63,864 bases of DNA, filler included, from Lophium mytilinum (GCA_010093605.1; 8 parts of 5 records of this genome joined end to end with filler, not necessarily neighbours in it), one strand, 5' to 3'; shown: positions 24,106 through 39,697, counted from the first letter of the whole stretch. Notes: a model not told the origin generated them from the letters alone. A program made the numbers and translations.

Positions 24106-24882
24106 ATCTTATTTAATAGCGCGGCTATTAAATATCTATAGCTAAGTTTACTATATATATATTTCTCTATTACCTTTTATAGCTAAATAAACTTACCTCT
24201 CTATATAAAATATATAGGCGGAATATAGGCTATTTATTATAGATTATAAATAATATAGTAATGCACCTAGCTATATATTTTATAGAGGTACTCTAGTAGT
24301 ATAAGATTCTTAATAATTACTATATACTTAAGTACTTCTTAAATACTATATATAAACTTAGAGAAGGCTATTTAATATAGGGCTTTATTAATAGTATATT
24401 CTAGTACTTCTATAGGCTATAGAAGTAGTAGTAGAAGTACTATTCTAGCTATAAAAAGAGTATAGAAGTAAATTAGTAGGTAATTATAATACTAGATAGT
24501 ATAGTCTTATTCTTCTATAGCCTATATTATAGCCTAATAAATAACTAGATAATAGTAAAGAATACTAAGCTATAAGAGAAGCTATAAGCTATTATTAGCG
24601 GCTAGCGTACTCTCTACCTCTATAGTAATTATATATATTATTACTTCTTTAGTATATAGAGCCTATAGAATATAGTAGTAGGGTGCGCCGGCCTCTTATA
24701 TAAATAGAAGGCATTTAATAGGGCTCTTTCCAGCGTATATATTATAGTAGAGTAATTCTTTAGTCTTAACTAGAATCTATAAATAAAGATAGCCTTCTAT
24801 AAAGCTATATAGTTTACTTTATTATCTATAGTAGTATATATATAATATATAATCCTTCTTATAAATATCTATAGAGGGCTAA

Positions 24883-27800
24883 TATAATATAAGTAATAGG
24901 GTATATTAACTATTATAAAAATCTAAGCTAAGAAGAAAAGAGAGAGCTAGAAGCTCTTAAGAGGTTATAGTTTAACGCTAGTATATAGGCCGCGGCCTAG
25001 CGCCTTAGGCTAGCGTCTTACTTAGGTTATATAAGGGGCTATATATAACCTTAGTATATAATTATTATAATTCTAGGTTTATACTATAATACTACCCCCT
25101 TCTTTAAAAGCTAAAGTCCTGTAAGGCTTATAATATATTATAGCTTCTCTATTCTTTCTATTTTATTTCTATTAGGCTGCTTATATAGCTATACTATTTA
25201 TATACTTACTATTATCTATAGTCTTACTATATCTATTATTTTTATTATTTCTATTATTTTTATTATTTCTATTATTTTTATTCTTATATTTATTCTTATA
25301 TTTATTCTTAAGCGCTGTAAGTAGACTATATAAATTAACCTAAGGCCTATTATTAGCTTCTACCTATTAGAGTTCTACTTTAAGTTACCTATATAGAATA
25401 GCCTTCTTATAAGATAACTTAGCTACCTAATAAGATTGCTATTTATACTTACTTAGGCTAGTACTAAAAATATTCTATAGGCCTACTATTACTGCAGCAG
25501 CGCTTATACTTTTATCTATTATTTTTACAACCTTCTATTTAAATATACTAAATATTAGATAAGGTTCTACTTTAAGGCTATACTTATTATAATACTCTAT
25601 AAGAAGCTTATTATAGCTATCCGCATTCTAGTAAGGTTTCTATTTAGGCCGGGTATTATTATACCTAGACTAGGCTATCTTATATACTAGATAGGGTTTC
25701 TTACCTATATATAGATCTAATTAGCGGCCGTTAAATTAGAAATTAAAAACTTTATTAATATAGTATTATTCTATAAAGCTATCTTCTTCTATTTTAAGCG
25801 TAGGCAGGGGTTCTAGATATTATTCTAGAAGAGGCGTCTTATTAATTTAATAAAGTAACTAGAGGTAGAATACTAGAAAAATTCCTTTTATAGAGTTAGA
25901 AAGTTCTAGCTTATAGGCTATATTATTAATAACTTATATTATATAAAAGGGACTAAGATTCTTATAGTTAAGAGACTTACTTAGCTATATAGTATAAATA
26001 TTTTTAGTATTTAGTATAACTATATTATTAACCTTAAATTTAGAGGCGGGCAGCTAATTTTAATTAGCTAGCTTCTTTATCTTAGACTAATTCTAATAGA
26101 GCTCTTCTTTAAGAAACTCCTATAGATTATAAATATAGATAATAAGTTTCTTAGCTGCGTTAACTTCTTAGTACTTAGGGCCTAGAATAGTAATACCTTA
26201 TAATAATAGCTTTAAGCTACTATAGAGTATATAGCCCTTAGTAGCTTTAAATAGTAATACGCTAGTAGACTAATTAATATTAGCGTTAGCCTTAAACTTA
26301 GTAAAGGTAATTAGGTTTATCTAGTTATTCTATAAGTAGTAGATATATATATATAGGTATTACTTTAGGCCTACGTTAATAATCTTAGTCTAACTATTAG
26401 TCTCTAGATAGACTATAGTAGATAGCTTTAGATAGGTTTCTATATATTTATATAAGTATTTTTAAAAGAAAGATATAAACTATATACTATAGTTAGATAT
26501 AATATAGTCTAAATAGCCTTCTTTACGCTAGATCTAGTTAATAAAAGCTTATATAATATCTTCTAGCTCTATAGAGTTTAGAGAAATAAACTTATACTTT
26601 TTAGAAAGTTAGTTAATAATAACTATAATATATTAGTATATATAACCCTTAATTATATAAAAGAGTAGCTTAGTAATAAAATTAATAGATATATCTATCT
26701 AGTATTAATTTAGAATAGGTAGTAGTTTAAGTAGGCTATACTTACTATCTTTATAAACCTTTATGCGCCTATATATAAGGTAGGCGTTAATATATATAGT
26801 AATAGAGTTTATAATTTCTAGCTAATAGTACTAGAAGAAGAGGTAGTAGTAGAGGGAGTTTCTTCTAGTATAGCCTCTAGAAAGAGAGTTATAGGCCTTC
26901 TTAATTAACTATATTTAAAGTTTTATATTATATAGAATATATAGGCGGCCGTTAATAAATAGCCGGTTTTTATAGATTTTATAATTACTAAGCTTAATCT
27001 TAATACCTTATTTCTAGATAAGCTTAAGTAGAATATATTATTTACTAGTTTCCTTAGTATATATAATATACTAGAGGATATTATCCTTTATATAGGCTTA
27101 ATTAATCTACTAGATAGTAGTATTATCTATATAGTTTTCTAGTAAGTTCTTATTTAACTTATTACTAGATTTAGATACTTCTAGCGCTTCTTCTTCTAGT
27201 AGACTATTAGTAGCTATAGGCTTAGGAGTAATAGATGCGGTAATATTAGAGGTAGCGTTCTATAGATCTTTATCTAACTTACTATAATTAGCTATAACCT
27301 TAGTTATACGCTTTTTTCCCCTTATTCTATTAGCTACTAGAATAATATATAGAATATCTATAGGGTATTATTCTATAAGTTTATATATTAGCTTAGTAAG
27401 CTAGATAATAGATACTTTCTATTTATTAAAGAGTATACTAGTAAGCTATAGAGCTTAGTATATTTCTTCTAGTAGGTTTCTTTTCTTTAATACTATCTAT
27501 ATTTAATATATAGTTCTAGAGTTATTTAGATTATCTAGAATATTACTAGGCCTATAAGTAAGGCTATTAGGCTTAGTTAACTACTTATCTAGTCGCTAGT
27601 TTAGGATAAAGTTAAATTAAGAAAGATACTTAGCCTAATAGGCTTATTAGTAATTTAACTATTTAGAAGATATAAAGTATTCTATATTCTTATAGTCTAT
27701 TTATATAAGTATAGGGTTAATAACGCTAGTAAGTTTAGGGCGCTATTCTTTAAAGGCGTAGATAATAGTAAGTAACTCTTTATTATATATCTTATAGTTA

Positions 27801-29708
27801 TATTCTACTAGAGTTATCTTCTTAAATAGGAAGATAATAGGGCGGAGAATTCTATCTAGGCCTTATTATAAAAGAATTATAGTAATAATATAGTTAGAGG
27901 CGTCTATTTCTAATATATAGTCTAGGTCTAGATTAAAATAGGCTAGAACTAGCGCTAAGAGAAAAGAGGCTTTAAGCTTCTTAAAGGCTTATACTACTAA
28001 GCTATTAGTAAGTAATAGAAAGTTATCTTATTCTATTATTATCTTTATAAGCTTAGTTAGTAGAGTAGTAATTTATAAGTAACTAGTAATAAAGCGCTAA
28101 TAGAAGTTATAGAAGCCTAGAAATAATTAGATATCTTTAATATTATAGAGTAGCTTCTAGTTCTAGATAGTGCTAACCTTAGCTGCGTCTATTTCTATAC
28201 TATCGGGCGTAATAATAAGTCTAAGATACTTAACATACTTAACTAAGAAGTAATACTTATTAATATTAAGAAAGAGACCTATATTATATAAGGCCGTAAG
28301 AATATTTATATAGTTCTTCTTATAATTCTCTTTATTATTACTATAGATAAGAATATTATCTATATAGGCTATATAGTAGACGTCTAGATATAGATATAGT
28401 ATAGAGTTAATAAATAATTAGAATATACTAGAGGTATTATAGAGGCTAAAGAGTATAATATTAAATTTAAATACGCTGTATTAGGTGCGGAAAGCTATCT
28501 TAGGTTAGTTGCTGTCTTTAATATAGATATTATTAAATATAGTAATAATATTAAAAATAGAGTATATCTTAGCCTTATAAAGCTATATAATTATATTATA
28601 TAGAAGGGGAGGTATATTCTAGTTCTTAATTATAATTTTATTTAGTAAGCGGTAATTAATATAGATATAGAGTTCTCTACCTAGCTTATAGATAATAATA
28701 ATAGGCGCCGCAAATAGTAATATACTAGAATAAATAAAACTTTTCCCTAGTATCTTATTAATATAGGCCTTAATAGTGCGTAGCTTATTATAAGAGAGGC
28801 TATATTAGTATAGAACTAGAGGTTTTATATTTAGGTTTTTAAAGTTAATAGTATAGTCTATACTAGGCCTATATAGTAGTAGTTTATTAGCTACTTATAA
28901 ATTAAAAGTATCTAGAATCTAATAAAAGAAAGAAGAAATCTTCTATTAAAGCTAATCCTTTATATATAGTAATTTAGTTATTTTCTTCTTAAATTAGTAG
29001 TAATTCTTAGTAGTAACGCCTACTAGGTTTATAACCTATTATCTATAGGCGTATTACTTATCTATTTCTTAGAGTTAGTTTAATTACTTAAAGTTCTATA
29101 AAGTAATAGTTATTACCGCGTTCTTATTTTATTTAGCTATAGTTAAATAGGTATATATAGAGATAAACTAAATATTATATTTAGATAGCTTATCTAGTAG
29201 AACTAGTTTAAAAGAAAGAGGTCTCCCCTTATAGTTAAGCTAAGGAGAGTTCTTAGCATTATTAGGCCCTTTAATAAAGGGGTAGAGATTAGGGCTAGAG
29301 TTAAAGTTAGAGTTATATTAAGAGCTATAGAAGTTGCCTAGGTTTTAGTATAGTTTAATCTTAATATATTTTAAGTAGATAAGGCTTTTTATAACTACTA
29401 GCCTACTATAATAAAGGTAATTAGATATATAGTAGTTAGATTAAAAGATTAGCTAGGTCTTTCTAAAGCTAATAGTAGGGTTATAAAGCTAGAGCTAGAG
29501 TATACCTAGAATTATATTATATTATTTAGTATTAGTAATATAGTAGGTAATAGTATTATAGTAGTTACTAATATAGAAGGTAATATTTACTATATAATCT
29601 AGTATATTAAAGGGCTTACTATTAGTAAGCTTAAGAATAATAGGTTATAAAAGGGGTTAGATAGGTATCTTATAAAGGCGCGCGGTCTTTAAATAAAGGA
29701 ATTAAGAG
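24883..29708 (-). mobile_element. Ty3/Gypsy LTR retrotransposon relic 2 (pol + 3' LTR ~24883-25091)
   Basis: Minus-strand RT YLDVYYIAYIDNILIYS (~28345-28395), RNase H DASNY and NYKIYNKELL, integrase and chromodomain regions; PPT AAAGAAGGGGGTAG at 25092-25105. Confidence 0.92.
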
Positions 29709-29808
29709 NNNNNNNNNNNNNNNNNNNNNNNNNNNNNNNNNNNNNNNNNNNNTTAATTAATTAANNNNNNNNNNNNNNNNNNNNNNNNNNNNNNNNNNNN
29801 NNNNNNNN

Positions 29809-32800
29809 GCTAAAGTCTAGCATTTCTATAAAGGATAACTACTAGATATAATTAAAGAATACCTTTATAGTAATACTAGAGTAACTAATAAATTTATAGA
29901 TACTACTTACGCGTACTAAATAAACTTCTCTACCCGCCCCTTACCTAAATTATGTACTCTTAAACTAGTAGATAGATCTGCTATTACTAAGAAGATTACC
30001 TATAAAGCCCTTATTTCTATTACTATTTAAGGATACTAGAGCCGTAAATAGGCCTATATTACTAACCTAGGCGATTATAATATTATTTTAGGACTTTACT
30101 AGTTCTAACGCTATAACCTAGCTATTAACTAGGTTACTAGCCGGCTTAACTTTATAAAGGAAAAATATAATAGAGTCTCTTATAAATACTATTACTATTA
30201 TATTAATAATGCTAATATAGCTATTATATATGCTAAAGAATTAGCTCTACCTAATTTTATATATAACTATAACTATATTTTAATACTATCTAATTTTATA
30301 GACTCTATATAGAGAATAGGTATTATAGCTTACCTTACTATATACTATATAGCTACTATTAAAGGAGATTAACTCTATAACTTACCTTAATATATTACTA
30401 CTAACCTTACTAATACTAGTAAGGACTTCTTACTCTATTCTAACTACCTCTAGGTTATAGCTATATAAATAAGTAATATATCTATCTACCTCCGTAAACT
30501 AGCTATACGCAATATTAAGAAGTTTATAGAAGTTAAGTAATACTATACTAAAGAGGAGATATTTATAAAGCTTCCCTTTAGCCTATATAAATATATTTAT
30601 ATATTTAACTAAGTTAATATAGATAGTTTACTACTATACTAACTAGATATAGACTATAAGATTAATTAGGTTAACAGCATTAACCTTAGTAAGTTACCTA
30701 AAGCCCGCCTATATTCTATATCTACTAATAAACTTTATATTATTAAGAAATAGCTTAATAATAATTTAGTAAAGGGCTATATTAGATAATTATAATTATA
30801 AGTCTCTTTACCTATTCTTTTTATACGCAAGCTGGAGGGCGGTGTTTAGTTCTGCATTAACTATAGAGCTATTAATGCCCTTACTATTAAAATATAGTAC
30901 CTAATTCCGCTTATCTAGGAAACTCTCTATTAACTAGGTAAAGCTAAATAGTTTACTAAGCTAGATATTATTGCCGCCTTTAATAAAGTCTATATAGCCC
31001 CGGGCTATAAGTATAAAATAGCTTTTATAATATACTATAGTAAATATAAGTCCCTTATTATACCCTTTAGCATTATAAAAGGCCCTAGAACCTTCTAGTC
31101 CTTTATTAACTATATACTATATAACTTTCTTAATAAATTCTATATAGTATACCTAGACAATATTTTTATTTATATAGAAGGTTTAAAATATAATTATAAG
31201 GCCTATATTACTACTATTCTTAAATACTTAGAAGTAGTAGAACTATATATTAACTTATCTAAATGCGCATTTAACTAAAAGAAAGTTACCTACCTAGAAC
31301 TAATTATTTCTACTAATAGAATCTATATAGATCTAGAGAAAGTTGCTACTATACTTAAATAAAATATACTAATATATATTAAAGATATCTAGGCCTTTAT
31401 TAAACTATCTAACTTCTACTAAAGATTTATCTACGGGTTCTCCTATATTATTAAACCTCTTACTAATATAATAAAGCTTTAAGAGGGGTAAAAAAAAGCC
31501 TACTTCTTATAGATAGAGGCCTATAAAAAGGCCTTCTGCGCGCTTAAAAAAGCGTTTATAGAAGCACCCGTCCTTATATACTTCTAATATAGTAAGAAAG
31601 TCTTTCTTAAAATAGACGCTTCTAATTACATAATAGCCGGCGTTATATTCTAGATTAGACCTAATAGCCTTCTATACCTAGTTACCTTTTTCTCTTCTAA
31701 GATATTACTAGCTAAGTATAACTATAAGATATATAATAAAGAACTCCTTGCTATAGTTAAGGCCTTTAAAGAATAGAGACCTAAGCTTATAAGCGCTAAC
31801 TCTAAAGATTTAACTAATGTCCTTATAGATTACTATAACCTTAAGTAGTTTATAACTACTAAGAAACTTAATTAATATTAAGCCTAGTAGGCTAAATTTC
31901 TTACTAGGTTTAACTTTAAGATTATATACTGTCCTAGTATACTAGAAGGTAAACCTAATAGCCTTATATACTACTTATAAAACCTACCTTATAGGCCTAA
32001 TAATCTATAAAATTAGTTTTAATATTAAACCGTACTTAAATCTTATAACCTTAGACTGGAAGTTACGCTAAATAGTAAATTACTCTTACTTAATAACGCT
32101 AAGCTAAGTAAGCCCGGCGCCCTTAGGCTATTCTACGTACTTTACTAAAATAGGCTAGTTTCTTGCACTAAGGAACTTAAACCTCTTCTAATAATCTTAC
32201 TATAATCCTCTCTTAAAATATATTCTCTCTTTCTCTTACCCCTTTAACTTGCCCCCGCTAGGCTACGTAGCCATAACTATGCTAATAATAACGGCGATAG
32301 TAACGGAAGCGCTAATAAGAACTTCGCGGCGCTACCCGGCGACGCTAATAAGATTTTTACAGCTCCGTTAGCTAATAAGAATATTATAGCCGCTAATAAG
32401 GTTATTATAGTATAGCTAGTTTAAGGTAATAATAATAATAATAATATTAACTATAATAATAATAACCTATAATACCTTATTAATAAAGCCTACGCACGTC
32501 TACCTTATTCTAAACCTCTATATAATTTTATACTCTATAAGCTTATAGACCTTATTTAGAGTAGAGCCTAATCTTTTCTAAAAGCTCTCTACAACCTTAT
32601 TAGTAACCTTAATATTAATAGTTTTAAAATATAGAATAACTAACTATACTATTATAATTATCTATATATGCTAGCCTATAATTAGCTATATACTAAGCTG
32701 CTTAGCCTCTCTTATAATACTTCTATTACTAGTTATTCTAGTAAATATAGCTTCTATAAGCTACTTTAACGCTACTACTTCTAGCCTAATTTCCGCGATA

Positions 32801-34622
32801 ATATTAAACGCTACACGGGCGCCTATTATAGTTACCGCCAAGTAAAGGCTTTCTAAGATAAATAGCAAGAACTACTCTATAGCCTTAATATACTAGATAA
32901 GTAATAGATAGAAATTACTATAGACTTTATTATAGATCTCCCTCTATATACATAAAATAGATAAATATATATACTTATTCTTATTATAGTTAACTAACTA
33001 TCTAAGAAACGCTACTATATTTCTATAATAGGCGATACTATTAAAGATATTACTAACACCTTTATCTATAAAGTATTCTAATTATATAGCCTACCTAAGA
33101 TTATTATTAGTAACCGCGGCGTGTAATTTATCTCTGTAGTATAGCGCCGCCTATATAAACGCCTTAGTATTAAGCCTAAGTTTTCTACTACTTTCTACCC
33201 GGAAACTAACGGCTAAACTAAGAACGCTAACTTTATAATAAAGGCCTACCTCTATTAATTTATTTTATACTAATAAGACAACTAGGTTAATTATCTTCCT
33301 CTTAGTAAATTTATAGTTAATAACTATAAATTAACCTTAATAGGCTTTACGCCCTTCTTTACTATATGCGGCTTCTACCTGTAATTAGATATTAAGCCTT
33401 CTATGCTAGTTATAGGCCGCGCTATAGTATATAATAAATAGCTGCTTACTAATTAGTACGCTAATTAGATAAATAAGATTCTTAGAGAATATTGCTATAT
33501 TATTACTTAGGCTACAGCCGCATAAGCTTACTTTATAAATTAATATTAATAACTACTACTACGCCTTAAGGTAGATAACCTAGTTTAGCTTAACACATGC
33601 AATATTAAAACCTAACGCCTTAATTACTTACTTAACTATAAGAATCTTAGCCCGTTCTATATTACTAAGGTTATTAATTAGGGTTACGCCTTCTAACTTA
33701 ATTTTATAGAAACATTACTAGAGGGACGTTATATATATAATGTCTTCTATTCTTATCTACTTTACCTTTTTAAGCCCCGGCCTATACTAGAATAGAACCT
33801 AGCTCCGCCTCTACCTATATAAGTTGTTAACTCTTATAGAATAACTAATAATAAGTAAGATTACGTTAACGCATGGCTAATTAACTTTATTGCGGATAGC
33901 CGCTAGCTATAACGCAGTTATTATAGCCGTAAGCTATAATACCGCGCCTAGTATAAAGGTTATACTAAGCTATAGATATAGTAGAACTAGACTAACTTTA
34001 GTAAGTATAGCGCTAATAAGCTTATTAGTAAGTTCTATTACTATTACTCTAATGCTAATGGCCCTTATCTAGATTTTAGGCCTAATCCTAATTAGTAATA
34101 GGTTCTTAATAAGCGCGCGCTAAGCCTCTATAACGTACACGCCTACTAACTATAACTTTATATATATACCTTATGCAGTAATATTATAATATTATTTATA
34201 ACCCTAAGACCTAGATTCTCCGCCGCATCTAGCTAGCTAAGCTATTTTAATAGAAACGCCTACCTTTATAACGCTATAAGTACGCCCCTTTCTTACGCGG
34301 TTCTTATTTAATTACTTATAACTACATTTTCTTAGTATTTTATTTTAGTCTTTTATTATAGCCTTACTATATAGCTTTTTCTTTCTATAGCCTTTCTTCT
34401 TTCTATTTTAGGGGGGGTAGTATAATAAATCTAGCTCTATATATATTACGTGCCCTTAGCTATATTATATAAGCCCGTGCGCTAGCATAGTTTTATACCT
34501 CTAGCCTGTATTTAGCCTGCGCCGCGTAGAACCTCTATCTCTACGCAACTTTATCTTTATAAATACACTCTATTTCTTACTTAATACTATACTCTATGCC
34601 TTACCTCTTATAGTCTATAATA
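29809..34622 (+). mobile_element. Ty3/Gypsy LTR retrotransposon relic 3 (protease-RT-RH-IN-chromo, 3' LTR 34421-34622), inserted in a copy of the SNF2 element
   Basis: VYLDNIFIY at ~31147, IDASNY at ~31612, YPETNG*TKNAN at ~33196, PPT AGGGGGGGTAG; the LTR abuts sequence homologous to 15563. Confidence 0.92.
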
Positions 34623-35117
34623 CTTTCTTCTTAGTAGCCTTTTTTTTATACTAAGAGTACTACTTAGTAATCTCTTTCTCTATTATATACTTATATAGAT
34701 AATATATAAGAAATTTAAATATAGGGTCTTTCTTAGCTGCTTTATTCTTCTTTATAGTAGGCTTCTTTTTTACACCTTAGCGCTTTTAACTCTTATTAGT
34801 ATTACTAGAAGATATAGTTTTTAAGGTTAGCTATAAGGCCCCTTCTATAAATTCTAGCGGGTTATTTAAGTTACTACTATAGTTGCTATTACACTTAAAG
34901 GTAACTTTAGATAGCATAGTAGTAAAATCTAGGTAATTATTAAGATACCCCCTATTTTACTTATTAGTCTTAGACGGGATATTCTCTATATTAATATTAG
35001 GGGTTTTAATATTCTTCTTATTCTACTTATTACTCTTAGTCTAGTTATTATCTATATTAATGTTAGCTTTTAGTAGTAAATAAAAAACTAGATTATCTAT
35101 AGAATTCTATAAAAAGA
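34623..35117 (-). mobile_element. Inverted copy of SNF2-element segment ~15085-15563
   Basis: Reverse complement aligns to the SNF2 gene 3' region with extra RIP transitions and an ~18-bp indel. Confidence 0.9.
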
Positions 35118-35217
35118 NNNNNNNNNNNNNNNNNNNNNNNNNNNNNNNNNNNNNNNNNNNNTTAATTAATTAANNNNNNNNNNNNNNNNNNNNNNNNNNN
35201 NNNNNNNNNNNNNNNNN

Positions 35218-37685
35218 GAAAGGCTTTCTACTAAGACCCTTTATACTATGCTAGGTATTTTTAGTATTATTATTTTCTTAATATTTTCTGCTACTATATC
35301 TTTAAAATTAAGGTAGACTAATCTACTAAGACTAGTAAAGGGCCCTAGTAGAAAGCCTTTCTATAATAATTCTTATAATACGCTTACCTTACTTTACTCT
35401 TAGAGAAATTATAATAGAATAAACCTATTAGTAGAATTAGCTATAATATAACTTAATTTTACCTACTAGATAGTAAACTTACTAAAAGGCTTAACCGCTA
35501 GCTAAAAAGATACCTAAAATAAGCTAATTGCGGCTCCAATATAGCTAGAAAGCTACTAACTATTATCTAGTAAGTAAGAAACTAGCGCGCAACTATTCCG
35601 CAGGTAGCTAGATAAGTAGAAGTAATAGGGGTATAGTAGTATAGAAGGAAAGATTAGTATAAAAGTAAGAAAGTTAAAGCTACTAGGCAGTAGATAAGTT
35701 TATAGGTAGCCGGGCTAATAGCCGCCGGCCGCTAAAACGCTAAGCCTTTAATAGTAAACTACTTAAGTTAACTCTTAAGGTTAATATAATAGCTATATAT
35801 TATATAAGGTTAAAATATTACAGGTATAAATATATTAGCGTTTTGCTTAATTTTACTAATATATAAATATTTACGGTTAATCTATAATACTATGCTATAT
35901 ATTACCTAGTTCTAGTAATATAGCACTATACTAAGATAGGTTAATAGAATATTATATATTATTATATAACTATTTACCTATAGTATAAGGGTCTTGCTAG
36001 AAAGCCTTTCTACTAGGGCCCTTTACTACTTATATTAAGCACGCCTATTATTACCTCTCTTTTTATATATATTACTACTATATATCTACTAAATAAGTAT
36101 TTATATACTATATAAGAGCCTAGCTAGAAGCCTTTCTACTAATACTCTTTATATCTTATACTAATTACTTTACTATCTTTTTTATTAATAATTCTTCTTT
36201 ATAACGCCGCCCCTACTAGTCTACCTATTAACGCTTAAATCTATATACTCTTTTAGAACTCTTCTACTTAAGCCTTATTCTTCTAGGCCTCTTACCCTAA
36301 GTTTTCTAAGTCCTCTATTTCTAAGCTATAGTTATCTAAACTCTCTTTATACTTATACTCTTTATCTAATAACTAACTATTTATATCCTCCTCTTACTCC
36401 TTCTATATTACTAAATAATTCTAGAATTCTTTAATTATTAGAATCCTGCCTAAATAAGCCCTTAGGCTATTTAGTATATAGTACTTAAACCTAAGCTAGA
36501 TATATTTTAAATTAACTTAACCCCTAGGGCCTATAATATTATCCTCTATTATTATTATCTTTAACTTTTCTAGGCTTCCCTAGGTTATATTCTATACTTC
36601 CTTTATAACTATATCTATGCTAAGGTTAACTACCCCCTCTTAAGCCTATTCTTTAATATATTAGCTTAGTTAGGCTATCTTATAGTAGTAGCTATTTAGT
36701 AGTTATATATAGATCTACTATATATTTATAATTATATTTCTTTCTCTAATATTATCTTATATATCTTTAGAGTTATTTTATTTAGCTTAATATATAGTTA
36801 AAATTTTATTATTATTATATCTTAGAAGAACCTAGAGTAATAAGGCGGCTCTTGCTTATAGATTATTAAGGAATTATTCTACTATTTTTAGTAACGCTTT
36901 ATTTCTAATTATTATATTTAATCTTTATAATTTTATACGGAAGGAACTGTTATTCTATTTTTAAGTTTCTGCAGCTAGATCTATAATATTAAACAGCAGC
37001 TAGACTTAATTAATCTAGCGTCTAGTTAAGTGCGTTAGATAATTTATATTACTATTTCTAGCTATATTCCATATATAGGCGTAGCTTACTATAAGTTTTA
37101 ACTTTCTATATAGCCTTATAAGTATATTAAAATAAAGTATAACTATAGATCTATATAGAATACTCTTAAAAAATTAGTTATATAGTTCTTTACTCTTCTA
37201 TTATATCTTAGTATTTCTATCTTCTTCTATATACTATCTACTTAGAAGCTTATATATATTAGTATAGTATGCCTTAATAATAAGTATAGCTACCTTACCT
37301 ATCTATAGCGGTGCTAATTACTAATCTTTTTACACTCTAGTCCTATTTTTATATTAAATAGCTAGCGTGTACTATACTATAATGCTATACTATAGATACT
37401 ATATCTCTATATTCTTCTTAGTAAGAGATATCTAGATCTAAGCTTTAGTAAATATAGCTTAGAATTAATTTCTAAGGCCGGCTTATAGTTAATTAACGCC
37501 TTAAGGGCTAAGTTATAGGGGCGTTATTATCTAATCTAAGTACTCTAACTTTAGCTAAGCTATACTATACTTCTTAAGGGAGTTTAATAACCTAAGGCTA
37601 TATAAGGTTATAGAATTCTAGAGGTCTTTTTAATTTATCTACTCTTTTTTCTATAGTATAAATAATTAAGTAGAATTACTATATC
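35218..37685 (-). mobile_element. Inverted copy of SNF2-element segment ~7839-10305
   Basis: Colinear reverse complement of the ORF1 3' part, the intergenic region and palindrome copies (~35218, 35338, 35987, 36114). Confidence 0.92.
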
Positions 37686-37785
37686 NNNNNNNNNNNNNNN
37701 NNNNNNNNNNNNNNNNNNNNNNNNNNNNNTTAATTAATTAANNNNNNNNNNNNNNNNNNNNNNNNNNNNNNNNNNNNNNNNNNNN

Positions 37786-39126
37786 TAAGTTAATAGATTA
37801 CTATTATATTATATATTATATATAATTCTTTATATATTTCTTCTATACTATATTATAGTAGTTGCATATAGTAGTAGTTATACTAATTCTTAAGTATAAG
37901 GCTATTCTTACGCTAAACCCTTTAAGTAATTTCTATTCTATGCCTGCGCACCCTGCAGCCTCTCTATATTTACTTTAAGCTACTACTATAGCTTATAAAT
38001 TAAATTAAAGTTAATAGAATGCTATTATATTATATTCTAAGTATTATTCTTTATATATATACTCTATTTTATATTATAGTAGTTAAATGTAGTAGTGTAA
38101 GATTATACTATATATAATTCTTAAAGGTTAATTTTCTCTATATTAAACTTGCTTCTCTCTATCTAACTTTAACCCTCTAGCCTCTATAATATAGTATCTT
38201 ACTATTCTTATATATATATATCTTCTCTACCCTCTTTAACTTTATTATCTAATACCTTATCTATATCTATACCTGCTTCTATCTTATTCTTAAGTTAGAT
38301 AAATTCCTCTTCTATAACCTTAGTTACTAGCATTAGGTGGAGAGATAATAAGGTAGTATACTACTCTATCTAAACCTAACTATTATTATACGCTAGTTAT
38401 ATAAACTAACTTATATTAGCTAGCATTTTCTTCTTATCTATTTATTTTATAGTATTTATTCTAAAGAGTACTTCTATAGCCTTATTTTATTATATTAAGA
38501 ATAATTCTACTATAATCTCTTTATTAGTTATTTATATAAGTATATAGAGGAGTAATATAGTAATAAAAGCTAGTATTTAGTATTATATTATTAGCTCTAG
38601 TTATATAGAAGTAGAAGCTGCTATAGTTTATTAAGCGCGTAAACTTGCGTATAGTATTATAGCTATCTATAGAGTATTCTAGAGGGTAAAAATAGTATAT
38701 ATACCTATATATATATATAGTATAGCTATAGGTTTAAGAAATACTTTATAGAGATAGCGTATAGTAGATAGAACCTAGCCTAAAGCTCTATTATTATTAT
38801 TTATAGCTTACTAAGGTATTTCTATACTAGAAGGTAGTAATAGAGAGAGTAATACCTCTCTAGTATCTAGAGGTAGTAGTAACGCAGGTATATAAGAAGA
38901 TAATATAGAAGATATAGGTAATAGTAACTTTAATACTACTTCTTCTACTTTTTTATCTACTTAGGCTACTTCTTTATTTACTTTACTTTCTTTAGCTGCT
39001 TCTTCTTCTTCTTTAACTGCTACTTTCTTAATAGTCTATATAATAGTATACTTACTACTATTACTTTAATCTTACTTTATAGCTTCTATTAATTCTATAT
39101 TACTTTAAATTTTAGGTATATATTAG
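37786..39126 (-). mobile_element. Element left end (=2890-3298) fused into ORF1 of another copy (=4863-5799)
   Basis: 37786-38194 is the reverse complement of 2890-3298; 38190-39126 is the reverse complement of 4863-5799; the junction lies within one contig. Confidence 0.88.
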
Positions 39127-39226
39127 NNNNNNNNNNNNNNNNNNNNNNNNNNNNNNNNNNNNNNNNNNNNTTAATTAATTAANNNNNNNNNNNNNNNNNN
39201 NNNNNNNNNNNNNNNNNNNNNNNNNN

Positions 39227-39697
39227 ATATACTTTCTATATACCTCTACTATATACTACCTATATACTATATAGCCTTTCTATCTCTAATAGCCTATATA
39301 GCTACTATTTATTTTACCTTATTACCTTAGATAAAGGCCCTATAAGCGTACTACTTATACGCGGGCCCTTACGCTAATTCTATACTAGCCTTGCATCTAG
39401 ATTCCACTTGGCCCGAACCTAGGAGGATAATAATAAACCTTCCCGGATAGATATAGAAAGACGCATCTTAATAGCTTATTCTATAGTAGTTCTTATAGAC
39501 CTACTATATATCCCCTATAGTAAAATATAAAGGAGAAGGGCGCCTAACGCTAGATATAATAGAGGACAAGGTTTTTACCTAAATGCTGCCTAGTAGTAAA
39601 TAGTTTCCCCTTATAAATTAGCCTAGATAGAATAGCTATATAGACCCTAACGGGAGCTATACTAGCGTAATAGAATTTAATAAATAAATAATAAAAA
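39227..39697 (+). mobile_element. Tad1-like LINE 3' UTR end with (TAAA)n-like tail
   Basis: Reverse complement of ~46814-47283; ends GAATTTAATAAATAAATAATAAAAA. Confidence 0.85.

Noticed and set aside
33890..34072. 60-aa ORF
   Set aside because: Alternative-frame ORF over the Gypsy-3 chromodomain region.
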